DNA from: Candidatus Omnitrophota bacterium
Lineage (GTDB): Bacteria > Omnitrophota > Gorgyraeia > Zapsychrales > Fredricksoniimonadaceae
Length of the DNA stretch: 64,000 nt
Direction of reading: 5' to 3'
Assembly (NCBI GenBank): GCA_903908245.1
Contig: CAIVRE010000033.1
Coordinates: 18,172 to 82,171, forward strand
The notes beneath the pieces were generated by a model. The model ran no database searches, had not been told where the DNA came from, and saw nothing but the letters and a program-made list of their open reading frames with translations. This document shows, piece by piece, positions 20,594 to 29,582 of this stretch. Each line of letters begins with the position of its first letter. The stretch's first letter is position 1. The position numbers and the translations under genes are program-made.

Positions 20594-21411
20594 TAACAGG
20601 AATGACCGGATTTGGCTCGGCGCAATTTAATGTCGGAAAATTAAAAGGGCTGATCGAGGTGAAAAGCGTGAACCATCGTTATCTGGATATCGCTTTTTAT
20701 TTACCGACGGGATTTGGGATGGTGGAGAACAAGGTGCGGGACATGCTGGCCAAGACCCTGACGCGCGGGCGGGTGACGGTCTCTGTCCGTATTACGGACA
20801 AGCCCACTCAGGAGGTTTCGTTCAACGAGGACATGATCAAGGAGTATCTGGGTCATGCCAAAAGTATCGAGAAGAAATACAGGCTGGTGAATAATCTGAC
20901 GCTGGCGGACCTGATCGGCATGCCGGGCGTTGTTGACGTAAAAGAAGTTTTTGTGGAAGCGGCGGACATGTGGCCGTCCATAGAAAAAGGAATGATCGCT
21001 TCGTTGAAAAGCCTGAAGGCGATGCGCCAGCGTGAGGGAAAAAGCCTGGCGGCGGATATTACCGACAAGCTCAGGAAAATGTCCGCGCGTTTAAGGGGGA
21101 TCGAGAAGCGCTCCAGGGAGCTTTTGAAGGCCAAGCAGAAGGCGGTTAAGCCCGAGGAATTCGCCTCGTTCCAGAAAAGCATCGATGTCAACGAGGAGAT
21201 CGCCCGGTTCGACCATTATATCGAAGAAATGGCCAATTTGCTCAAGCTGGAAGTTCCCGTCGGAAAGAAGCTGGATTTTATTGCCCAGGAAATGCAGCGT
21301 GAAACGAATACGCTCGGATCGAAGCTTCAGGACGACCTGGTGTCGAATTCCGTGATCGCGCTCAAGAGCAAGATCGAAAAGATCCGCGAGCAGGGCAACA
21401 ACATTGAATAG
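20584..21411 (+). CDS. yicC: YicC-family protein (stress-induced endoribonuclease YicC).
   Basis: 275 aa, MTGFGSAQF...VKSVNHRYLDIAFYLP..., conserved YicC N and C domains. It sits upstream of gmk as in many genomes. Confidence 0.75.
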   Translation: MVMITGMTGFGSAQFNVGKLKGLIEVKSVNHRYLDIAFYLPTGFGMVENKVRDMLAKTLTRGRVTVSVRITDKPTQEVSFNEDMIKEYLGHAKSIEKKYRLVNNLTLADLIGMPGVVDVKEVFVEAADMWPSIEKGMIASLKSLKAMRQREGKSLAADITDKLRKMSARLRGIEKRSRELLKAKQKAVKPEEFASFQKSIDVNEEIARFDHYIEEMANLLKLEVPVGKKLDFIAQEMQRETNTLGSKLQDDLVSNSVIALKSKIEKIREQGNNIE

Positions 21412-21425
21412 CTGACGCGTGCCGC

Positions 21426-22007
21426 ATGTTATCAGGCCACAAGAAACCCCGTATTATCATTCTTTCCGGCCCGTCGGGAGCAGGCAAGACCACGCTGCAT
21501 GACCGCTTGCTGGCTTCTTCCCGTTTTGCCGGGCGCGTGATCCGTTCGGTCTCGGCAACGACCCGAAAACCCCGCGGCACGGAACAGCAGGGCAGGGAGT
21601 ACCTGTTCCTTTCTGTCAGGATGTTCGAGTCAAGGATCCGGCGTGGTGCGTTCCTGGAGTGGGCCAGGGTTTTTGACAATTATTACGGCACGCCGATGAA
21701 AAATGTGCGGGAGAACCTGAAGAAGGGCCGCAGCGTGCTGCTGTGTATCGATGTCCAGGGCGGGCAACAGGTCAAGAAGAAGGTCCCCGAGGCGATATCT
21801 GTTTTTGTAAAGACCCCGACCATTTTGGAGCTTCGACGCAGGCTGGAGGCCAGGAAGACGGACTCAAAGGCAAGCATAGACCTGCGGCTTAAAACAGCCC
21901 GCAAGGAGTTGAAAGAGGCGCGGTTTTACGACCACGTTCTGGTCAACGATGATCTGTCGCGCGCCGGCCGGGAGCTTGAGGCCCTTGTGTCTTCGTATAT
22001 CGGCTGA
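21426..22007 (+). CDS. gmk: Guanylate kinase.
   Basis: 193 aa, ...IILSGPSGAGKTTL...SVSATTRKPR..E..G.EY.F.S...F. Confidence 0.9.
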   Translation: MLSGHKKPRIIILSGPSGAGKTTLHDRLLASSRFAGRVIRSVSATTRKPRGTEQQGREYLFLSVRMFESRIRRGAFLEWARVFDNYYGTPMKNVRENLKKGRSVLLCIDVQGGQQVKKKVPEAISVFVKTPTILELRRRLEARKTDSKASIDLRLKTARKELKEARFYDHVLVNDDLSRAGRELEALVSSYIG

Positions 22008-22157
22008 TCCCCTCCATTAAGAGCATTAATTGACAACTTGCCGGTGGTGTGTTATATAAAAGCACAAATTATGAGGGATTGTTTGTATTGAGCAGAAGAA
22101 AAAGAGCAGGCAGCCCGTCAAGGCTGTGATGGTTTTTATTAATAACAGGGGGAATAA

Positions 22158-22406
22158 ATGATCTATCAGCCTATAGAAAAGCTTTTACCCAGATCGGGAT
22201 TCAGTTCGTATAAGCTTATCGCGATGGCGTTCAAGCGTGCCCAGGAATTGTCCAATGGTTCTCCCAAGCTGATCGAAGCTCCAATGATCGAAAAAGCCAC
22301 GACAACGGCATTTCGCGAGATCATTGCCGGCAAGGTGATGCTCAAGGAAGTGGCGGATGCAGAGGAAGCGGCTCTGGCAGTGGAAAAGAAAGCTAAAAAG
22401 AAGTAA
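22158..22406 (+). CDS. rpoZ: DNA-directed RNA polymerase subunit omega.
   Basis: 82 aa, ...SSYKLIAMAFKRAQEL... Confidence 0.8.
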   Translation: MIYQPIEKLLPRSGFSSYKLIAMAFKRAQELSNGSPKLIEAPMIEKATTTAFREIIAGKVMLKEVADAEEAALAVEKKAKKK

Positions 22407-22945
22407 TGAAAAAGCGACAGGTCGTTTTAGGCGTTACCGGAAGTATTGCAGCCTATAAAGCGTGTGATATTGTGCGCCGCTTGCAGGACAAGGGCTGTGA
22501 TGTGACGGTGATCATGACCGATAGCGCGGAAAAATTTGTTACGCCGATGACGTTCGAGGCCTTGTCAGGGCACCCGGTGTATCGTGATATGTTCGCACGG
22601 GATGTTGAGTGGGACATGGCGCATATTTCCCTGGCGAAGAAGGCGGATGTTCTGCTGGTTGCCCCTGCCACGGCCAATACGATCGGCAAGATCGCGTGCG
22701 GCTTGGCAGATGACCTTCTTTCGTGCACCGTAATGACGACCAAAGCGCCGGTCATTATTGCGCCGGCGATGAATACCGATATGCTGGAAAACAGCATCGT
22801 TCAGGAAAATATTTCCCGGCTTAAAAAGCACGGCGTGGGATTTGTTGAGCCGAAAAAGGGCAAGCTTGCATGCGGGGATGTTGGCAAGGGCGCTTTGGCG
22901 GATGTCGAGGATATTGTTAAAGCGGTTTTAGTTCTTTTGAAATAA
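22406..22945 (+). CDS. coaC: Phosphopantothenoylcysteine decarboxylase flavoprotein (CoaC domain only; no CoaB half in this ORF).
   Basis: 179 aa, ...VLGVTGSIAAYKA.DIVRRL...PAMNT.M..... flavoprotein fold, following rpoZ. Confidence 0.75.
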   Translation: MKKRQVVLGVTGSIAAYKACDIVRRLQDKGCDVTVIMTDSAEKFVTPMTFEALSGHPVYRDMFARDVEWDMAHISLAKKADVLLVAPATANTIGKIACGLADDLLSCTVMTTKAPVIIAPAMNTDMLENSIVQENISRLKKHGVGFVEPKKGKLACGDVGKGALADVEDIVKAVLVLLK

Positions 22946-22950
22946 ATATT

Positions 22951-22983
22951 TGTAGGGGCGGCCCGATGGGTCGCCCGGCGATG
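22951..22983. repeat. Small GC-rich hairpin repeat, copy 1 of 3.
   Basis: TGTAGGGGCGGCCCGATGGGTCGCCCGGCGA: stem GGGCGGCCC/GGGTCGCCC with loop GAT. Near-identical copies are at 31853-31883 and 33934-33964. Confidence 0.6.
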
Positions 22984-23039
22984 TGACGAAACGACCCGAT
23001 GGCTTTGGGTTTTTTTGCTGTGTCCCTGGGAAACATTGT

Positions 23040-23113
23040 GGTGCGATAGCCAAGTGGTTAGGCCGAGGTCTGCAAAACCTCTCACACCGGTTCAATTCCG
23101 GTTCGCACCTCCA
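23040..23113 (+). tRNA. tRNA-Cys (anticodon GCA).
   Basis: Acceptor GGTGCGA/TCGCACC; anticodon stem GAGGT/ACCTC with loop CTGCAAA; T-arm ACCGG-TTCAATT-CCGGT; CCA is encoded. Confidence 0.85.
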
Positions 23114-23119
23114 TTTTAC

Positions 23120-23202
23120 GGGTGAGTGGTGGAATGGTATACACGAAGGACTTAAAATCCTTTGGTCGAAAGGCCTTGAGGGTTCGATTCCCTCCTTACC
23201 CA
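23120..23202 (+). tRNA. tRNA-Leu (anticodon UAA), with a long variable arm.
   Basis: Acceptor GGGTGAG/CTTACCC (one G-U pair); anticodon stem AAGGA/TCCTT with loop CTTAAAA; long variable arm; T-arm GAGGG-TTCGATT-CCCTC. Confidence 0.8.
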
Positions 23203-23334
23203 TTGCTTCCTGCCGTAGTCCGTAAAAATTTTTTACCCGAACGGGAAAAATTTTTGTGCTTGTTTGACCGTTGGGTGTAATGAAGATTTTTCTTGTTCGT
23301 TTGTTAGTCTAAAGATATACTTTGTGAAATTTAA

Positions 23335-23412
23335 GGACCCGTAGCTCAGTTTGGTTAGAGCGCTTCCTTGACATGGAAGAGGTCACAAGTTCGAGTCTTG
23401 TCGGGTCCACCA
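23335..23412 (+). tRNA. tRNA-Val (anticodon GAC).
   Basis: Acceptor GGACCCG/CGGGTCC; anticodon stem CTTCC/GGAAG with loop TTGACAT; T-arm ACAAG-TTCGAGT-CTTGT; CCA is encoded. Confidence 0.85.
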
Positions 23413-23418
23413 TTTATA

Positions 23419-23451
23419 AAAAAGCCTTCCGGTTTTCGGAAGGCTTTTTTA
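23419..23451 (+). terminator. Rho-independent terminator after tRNA-Val.
   Basis: AAGCCTTCCG-gtttt-CGGAAGGCTT followed by TTTTTTATT. Confidence 0.8.
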
Positions 23452-23455
23452 TTGG

Positions 23456-23581
23456 CAGACTCGACAAGACGAGAACGGAGCCCCGCTGGACGCGACGAAT
23501 AGGAGCGTCCTATAGGCGGGGCGGATGGCCGACCCGGAAGGAGCGAAGCGACTGGAGGGCACCGAGTCTTGTCGGGTCCAC
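23456..23581 (+). mobile_element. tRNA-Val 3'-end-linked miniature element. The left end is an imperfect inverted copy of the tRNA 3' end, the middle is a conserved structured core of about 90 nt, and the right end is a 19-nt perfect direct repeat of the tRNA 3' end.
   Basis: CGAGTCTTGTCGGGTCCAC occurs at 23392-23410 (inside the tRNA) and at 23563-23581. The reverse complement of the left end (23456-23476) matches the tRNA 3' region at 16 of 21 positions. The core (GGAGCCCCGC...GACGAATAGGA...CCTATAGGCGGGGCGGATGGCCGACCCG.AAGGAGC...GACTGGAGGGC.CCGA) is shared with the element after tRNA-Gln. Confidence 0.6.
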
Positions 23582-23662
23582 TGGCGCCATCTGCATGTCC
23601 CCTTGTTTTCTTTCTTTTTATAGTAAATACTTAATAGGTTATATGGTGGATACCAACAGGGG

Positions 23663-26600
23663 ATGGGTGTGTTTAAAAGGGTGTTGAGTTCGATACTGAC
23701 CGCTGCGTTGATCTTGACAGCAATTCCTGTCAGGGCAGGGGAACTGTTGCTGCCGCTTCCCGGGGCGATGGTATCCTTGAGCCCTGCCTTTGTGCCGCCG
23801 CTGCTCAAAGGCGTTAAAGTGTATCCTGACGATCCGCTCCGTCTTGATTTTATTCTTGATCAGGGCGACGGCGCAGATGCGGCCGACACGGCCCGTCTTA
23901 TCAAGTATTTTCTTGCCTCCGTTACCGTTCCCGAGAATGATCTTTGGGTCAATCTTTCTCCGTATGAAAAAGACCGCATCATTCCCGATTCCTTTGGCGT
24001 GACGGAAATGGGCCGCGATCTTTTGAACCAGGATTACATGCTTAAGCAGATCACGGCTTCCGTGATCTATCCGGAAGGAGAGACGGGCAAGGCGTTCTGG
24101 TCCAGGGTTTATGCCGAAGCGCAAAAGCGGTTTGGAACGACGGACATTCCGGTCGACACCTTTAACAAGGTTTGGATCGTCCCCCAGAAGGCCGTGGTCT
24201 ACGAGAGTAAAGATTCAGCCTATGTCGTTGAGAGCCGGCTGAAGGTCATGTTAGACGCGGATTATTTGGCGTCGTCGAACAATGCGCTGCCGGGTGATGG
24301 CAAAGATGATATTGCCAGGCAAGTCCTTCGTGAAGTTGTCATTCCCATTCTCGAGAAAGAAGTTAATGAAGGAAGGAATTTCGCCCAGCTCCGGCAGGTT
24401 TATCATTCCTTGATCCTTGCCGTCTGGTACAAGGACGCGATCAAAGAAAGCCTTTTTGGCAAAGCCTATGTTGACCGGAAGAAGACCGGCGGGGTGGATA
24501 TTGAGGACAAGGCCGCAAAGGACAAGATCTGGGCGCAGTATGTGGAGGCCTTCAAGAAGGGTGCATACAATTATATCAAGGAAGAGGTCGATCCTGCGAC
24601 CGAGCAGGCTGTTCCCCGGAAATATTTTTCCGGAGGATTGAGATTGAATGTGAGCGCTGTCAAAGAATCCGCGCCTCGATCCCGTGTGCCCGAAGGCTTG
24701 AACCATGCGCAGGTCGTTAAAGTGGAGCTTGATGCGACAGGAAAGAGTGTCCTTGCGCAACGGATACCGCTTCTTTCCGCCGGTCGCGTGACCTATGGCC
24801 AGGGGGAATACACGGTCAGGCATACGGACCGCACGCAGACATTTAAAAGCTGGATGAGCCTGGCCCGTTCGCTTCTTCATGCATATGACAGTGAATTCAC
24901 GAAACTTTTAAAGAGGGATATCGAACCGGAAAACGCCGCCGGTATCCGTCGGATCATTGAGCTTCTGCGTGACGGGCTTGGGCGGGATATTGCCAGTATC
25001 CTTGAGATGCGGACCGGAGACATTCAAAGGCGTATTGATGTGATGCGCACGGCCGTTCAGGAAAACAAGCCGGAAATCTTTATGGACAGCGCGAATGGAC
25101 TTAACCAGTTGTCATGGGCCAAAGAGCCGGAGCTTGAGGGGGTATATGCCCAGCTTCATGAGGCGCTGAGGATCGCACGGGATGAGGGGATGGTCAAATC
25201 CGCGAACAAGATCTTTGAGGCATTGAATGAGGCGAGCCGAAGGCTTAAGCTTCAGGACGACCTGACAGTTCTTTTTAACCGCTATCAGCGGGCTTATGTA
25301 ATGGAGAGGGGGAGGGGCGGCAATATTCCTGACGATAAAGCGCGCGCCCTGGCGTTCGCCCTGGCGCTTAAGGCGGGGCGGTTCTCCAGCAGTGCCGATC
25401 AGAGTCCAAGGCTGACGCTCCTTTTTTATCAACTGGCATATGTTTCTGCGCGCGAGCATCCGGATTTTTTTAAAGCGCTCAATACACGTATTCATCACCG
25501 CGGGCTTGTGGAGCAGAAGAATGTCATGCAGGAAAGTTTACCGGGGCTTTTTGATCCGATCAAGCCGGCCGGGGTTTCGGTCCCAGCCGTTGTCGCCGAG
25601 GCATGGTCGCGCCTTGACGCTGCCCGGTCTGGAGCCCGCCTGCCGCTGGCCGTGGATACGGCCGGGAAGGCTGATCGCGCGGAGGCGGCCGTTGATCCTC
25701 AAGAGATCAATGATCCGCAGGCGGTCTCTGATTATATTGATCGACTGATCGCGGATATTAACAAGCAGCCGGGAGAGAAAGTATTCCGGGTGACGGTCAT
25801 GGCCGATCCGGGGAAATATGAAGGATCTTTTTACAAACCTCTTTATGATCTTTTCTTTGCAAAGTTGCTGGTTGATTTTGACGGGGCCGGGGACTTTGTC
25901 AGCCGTGCGCGCGCGACCTTGTCCGCAGGCGGAGTTCAAGCGTTGCGGACGGAGCTGGATGATCCTTCTGGCCTTTTGTTTTCATCCTTCCTGGGCATTA
26001 AGCCAAACGGCCGAACGCAAGGCGTTCCGTTCGACCTTTACAGCATCTTGCTTTTTTCCCTGACGGTCAATCTGGAGGGTTATCTCGGGCATCTCTATGA
26101 TGAAATGATCATTACCAGGCCGGAGATCGCGATCGCAAGAGAGGGTGTTTCGTATCATACCCGCGCGGAAAGCACCATTTTCCCGCGTGATAAAAAGATC
26201 CTGCGCGGCAGGACGAGGTCGGTTGAAAGGTATCAGTCGATCTATCGCGGTTATATGAGATCATCCAGGCTGGAAGATCAGCGCAGCTCAGAGCATGCCC
26301 GCAAGATCGAGGAGGGGATCGCCCTATGGAAGAAGAAAGCACAGGAACCGGGATATGAGCATCTTAAGCGGCGCAGCACCCGTTTCATGGAAGATACGGT
26401 GGTGGTGGAGTACGATTCGGACCTGCCGCTGATCATTGCGGATACTGAACGCAATGTGGCACGGGTCCTTCAAGTGGAACGGCAGGCGCACGCGTTCGTT
26501 TTTTCGAGCGCCTTTCTTGACAGCGCTTCTCCCGAAGAGATCGCGATCTGGCTTAATTTTGGGCAGGAGTGGCTGGATATTTATGGCAATATCTCGAGTA

Positions 26601-27718
26601 AAGAAGAGATCCAGGAGATGTATGAAGTGCTGGAAGAAGAGCGGGCAAAACTGAATGTGCATTTTTTTAGTATTGAAGACAGTCATTTGATGTCAACCGG
26701 AACGTTCAAGAAGCGCATTGCGGAGCTGATGCGGGCGCATGTGCTCAAGCGATCCCAGCATTTGATGAAACTGATCGCTTTTAATGAAGAAAAAGCCGAG
26801 GACGTCCTGCGGCGCGTCGGGGAGAAGATGAACGTGGACCCGTCCCGGCAACGGGATATGGATTTCGGATATCTGGTCAGGGGCGAGTTTCTTGAGGCGC
26901 TTGGCCTTCTGAGGGACCTTCTTAATATGTATGAAGCTGTCGGGATGCATGCGCATGCCGCAAAGATCTTTTATGAGATCGTTTATACAACGGCCGGCGT
27001 CCAGTTTTATGATCCGGGCGGGATACTTCCTCATTCCCTGCAGAACGACCTTGTTTTTATGGCATTGCGCCTGGGGCTGTGGGGTGATTTTTTAAACGAG
27101 CTTGATATTCTTTTTACGGCAAAGACGGATGTTGTGTTTTATGAAGGGACCAAAAGGCCGGATCCGCTCAAAAGCATCAAAAAAGAATTCCGGGATGGAT
27201 CGCCAAGGAACGGGTATCCGAGGCCCATGTATGAGGAGAATATTGCTCCCATGAAAATGCTGACGGATTCCATTATGCTTCGAAGGAAATTGAGGACCGT
27301 GATGGCGGCCCAGTTGTCGGCGACACCCGTGGAAAAACGTGACGAGGTGAAGGGGTATGTGGAAATGGCGGACATCATGATCAAAACATTTTTGCGTACC
27401 CGGTTCCGCAATGTGAAAGCTGAGGCGTTCCCCGGGGATGACCCTGTGCCAGGATCGGTGGCGGGAAACGATGACCGCGCGGAGACGGGCGGTATCGATC
27501 TGACCCGCGGCCGGATGGATATTGAGACCGGCCGTGAGGGGCAAAACGTCGAATTCCATTTCGATCCGGCCAATGCGGCGCAACGGGAACAATTGCAGAA
27601 CGCCACGGGTTTCACACCGGTCATTATTGACATTGCGCCCATGACAACGACAGTGCCCATGTTCCTTGGAATTTCCGACGGGTTGACCGCTTTCTCCGGC
27701 GGGTCACTCTCCGGCTGA
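23663..27718 (+). CDS. Large secreted hypothetical protein (1351 aa) with no recognisable catalytic motif. The ORF beginning at 63537 is a paralog.
   Basis: Single uninterrupted ORF with RBS ACAGGGG and an N-terminal signal peptide (MGVFKRVLSSILTAALILTAIPVRA). Its N-terminal region (LIKYFLASVTVPENDLWVNLSPYEKDRIIPDSFGVTEMGRDLLNQDYMLKQ) is closely mirrored by the ORF starting at 63537. Confidence 0.6.
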   Translation: MGVFKRVLSSILTAALILTAIPVRAGELLLPLPGAMVSLSPAFVPPLLKGVKVYPDDPLRLDFILDQGDGADAADTARLIKYFLASVTVPENDLWVNLSPYEKDRIIPDSFGVTEMGRDLLNQDYMLKQITASVIYPEGETGKAFWSRVYAEAQKRFGTTDIPVDTFNKVWIVPQKAVVYESKDSAYVVESRLKVMLDADYLASSNNALPGDGKDDIARQVLREVVIPILEKEVNEGRNFAQLRQVYHSLILAVWYKDAIKESLFGKAYVDRKKTGGVDIEDKAAKDKIWAQYVEAFKKGAYNYIKEEVDPATEQAVPRKYFSGGLRLNVSAVKESAPRSRVPEGLNHAQVVKVELDATGKSVLAQRIPLLSAGRVTYGQGEYTVRHTDRTQTFKSWMSLARSLLHAYDSEFTKLLKRDIEPENAAGIRRIIELLRDGLGRDIASILEMRTGDIQRRIDVMRTAVQENKPEIFMDSANGLNQLSWAKEPELEGVYAQLHEALRIARDEGMVKSANKIFEALNEASRRLKLQDDLTVLFNRYQRAYVMERGRGGNIPDDKARALAFALALKAGRFSSSADQSPRLTLLFYQLAYVSAREHPDFFKALNTRIHHRGLVEQKNVMQESLPGLFDPIKPAGVSVPAVVAEAWSRLDAARSGARLPLAVDTAGKADRAEAAVDPQEINDPQAVSDYIDRLIADINKQPGEKVFRVTVMADPGKYEGSFYKPLYDLFFAKLLVDFDGAGDFVSRARATLSAGGVQALRTELDDPSGLLFSSFLGIKPNGRTQGVPFDLYSILLFSLTVNLEGYLGHLYDEMIITRPEIAIAREGVSYHTRAESTIFPRDKKILRGRTRSVERYQSIYRGYMRSSRLEDQRSSEHARKIEEGIALWKKKAQEPGYEHLKRRSTRFMEDTVVVEYDSDLPLIIADTERNVARVLQVERQAHAFVFSSAFLDSASPEEIAIWLNFGQEWLDIYGNISSKEEIQEMYEVLEEERAKLNVHFFSIEDSHLMSTGTFKKRIAELMRAHVLKRSQHLMKLIAFNEEKAEDVLRRVGEKMNVDPSRQRDMDFGYLVRGEFLEALGLLRDLLNMYEAVGMHAHAAKIFYEIVYTTAGVQFYDPGGILPHSLQNDLVFMALRLGLWGDFLNELDILFTAKTDVVFYEGTKRPDPLKSIKKEFRDGSPRNGYPRPMYEENIAPMKMLTDSIMLRRKLRTVMAAQLSATPVEKRDEVKGYVEMADIMIKTFLRTRFRNVKAEAFPGDDPVPGSVAGNDDRAETGGIDLTRGRMDIETGREGQNVEFHFDPANAAQREQLQNATGFTPVIIDIAPMTTTVPMFLGISDGLTAFSGGSLSG

Positions 27719-27784
27719 TCTTCCGGGATGATAATCGGGGTCATGAAAATTCTATTTGGTCTTCTGACGGGCGGGTGATATACT

Positions 27785-29527
27785 TTGCCGATTATGGACT
27801 ATACACGAGATATTGACAAGCTGCGTCACAGCTGTTCCCACGTTCTTGCGCAAGCAGTTAAAGAGCTTTGGCCCGAGGTGAAGGTTGCCATCGGCCCGGC
27901 CATTGATTCCGGCTTTTACTACGACTTCGACAAGAAAGAACCGTTCACGGATGCCGACCTGGCGGCTATTACCAAGGGCATGCAGAAGATCATCAACCGC
28001 AACCTTCCGCTGGTCCAGTCGTTTATGGACAGGAAAGAAGCCGCCGGGCTGTTCCGCAAACAGGGTGAAATATATAAGGCCGAGCTTGCCGAAGGGATCC
28101 CTGACGAGCAGGTCTCTATTTTTACGACGGGTTCCGGCGAATTCATGGACCTGTGCAAAGGGCCGCATATCGTCTCCACCCAGGAGATCAAGGCGTTCAA
28201 GCTTTTGTCCGTTGCCGGCGCGTATTGGCGCGGCAATGAAAAGAACGCCATGCTCCAGCGCATTTACGGCACGTGTTTTCCGTCGAAGGAAGAGCTTGTC
28301 GCGTATTTGAAGATGCTTGACGAGGCGGACAAGCGTGACCATCGCAAGATCGGGGCCGCGCTGGACCTTTTCCATATTTATCAGGAAGAGGCCGGGGCCG
28401 GACTGGTGTTCTATCATCCCAAGGGCGCCCTGATGCGCAAGATCCTAGAGGATTTCACCAAAGACCTGCATTTAAAGCGCGGATATGACCTGGTGATGAC
28501 GCCCAACTTTCTTCGCGGGAAGCTGTGGGAGATCTCCGGCCATGCCGAGCATTACCGCGCCAACATGTATTATTTCAAGCTCGACGGGGAAGAATATGCG
28601 GTCAAGCCCATGAATTGCCCCGGGCATATGTTGATCTATAAATCAAAACTGCATTCCTATCGTGAATTCCCCATCAAGTATTTTGAGCTTGGCACGGTGT
28701 ATCGTTATGAAAAAGCCGGCGTGTTGCACGGGCTCCTGCGCGTGCGCGGATTTACCCAGGATGACGGGCATATTTTTTGCCGCCGGGACCAGGTGCAGGA
28801 AGAGATCGAGAAAGTGCTTGATCTTGCGTTCGAGCTTCTTTCGGCTTTCGGGTTCAAGGATTATGTGATCGAGCTCAGTACTCAGCCGGCAAGCCATATT
28901 GGAAAACAGGAAGACTGGGACCTGGCAACGGTGGCGCTCAAGAACGCGCTGGACAATAAAAAGATCGCTTATCAGGTTAACGAAGGCGATGGCGCTTTTT
29001 ATGGGCCGAAGATCGATCTGAAGCTCAAGGACGCGCTGGGCCGTCAGTGGCAGTGCACGACCATTCAGTGCGATTTTGCCCTGCCGGAGCGGTTCGATCT
29101 TACATATATCAATGACCAGGGCAAGGAAGAGCGGCCGATCATGCTGCATCGGGCCCTGTTTGGAAGCGTGGAGCGGTTCTTCGGGACATTGATCGAGCAT
29201 TATGCCGGGAATTTCCCGTTGTGGCTTTCTCCGGTCCAGGTGAATATTATTCCCATTTCTCCCGAGCATGATGCTTTTGCCCGTGAGGCGGCGGATAAAA
29301 TGCGCGAGGGCGGCCTGCGCGTTGAGGTCGATGCGCGCAATGAATCGCTGGGCAAGCGCATCCGGGAGGGCCGTCTGGCGCGGATCCCTTATATGTTCGT
29401 CATAGGGGACAAGGAAGTGGAAGCCCGCAAGGTCGCGGTGCGAAAACGTCCGGAGACCGATCTTGGGCAAATGGCCCTGGAGGATTTTTTGGCCCGGGCG
29501 CAGAAAGAGATTGTTGACAAAAGCTAG
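27785..29527 (+). CDS. thrS: Threonine--tRNA ligase; a short form lacking the N-terminal TGS domain.
   Basis: 580 aa. The editing-domain HxxxH (HSCSHVLAQAV) is near the N-terminus, and class II motifs follow (...FRDEQSG...GTCFPSKEEL...HRALFGS.ERF...). Confidence 0.9.
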   Translation: MPIMDYTRDIDKLRHSCSHVLAQAVKELWPEVKVAIGPAIDSGFYYDFDKKEPFTDADLAAITKGMQKIINRNLPLVQSFMDRKEAAGLFRKQGEIYKAELAEGIPDEQVSIFTTGSGEFMDLCKGPHIVSTQEIKAFKLLSVAGAYWRGNEKNAMLQRIYGTCFPSKEELVAYLKMLDEADKRDHRKIGAALDLFHIYQEEAGAGLVFYHPKGALMRKILEDFTKDLHLKRGYDLVMTPNFLRGKLWEISGHAEHYRANMYYFKLDGEEYAVKPMNCPGHMLIYKSKLHSYREFPIKYFELGTVYRYEKAGVLHGLLRVRGFTQDDGHIFCRRDQVQEEIEKVLDLAFELLSAFGFKDYVIELSTQPASHIGKQEDWDLATVALKNALDNKKIAYQVNEGDGAFYGPKIDLKLKDALGRQWQCTTIQCDFALPERFDLTYINDQGKEERPIMLHRALFGSVERFFGTLIEHYAGNFPLWLSPVQVNIIPISPEHDAFAREAADKMREGGLRVEVDARNESLGKRIREGRLARIPYMFVIGDKEVEARKVAVRKRPETDLGQMALEDFLARAQKEIVDKS

Positions 29528-29582
29528 TTTTTAAAGATAATGAGAGCACTTTTAGCCCCGATTTATAGAGGGGTCAATCTGT

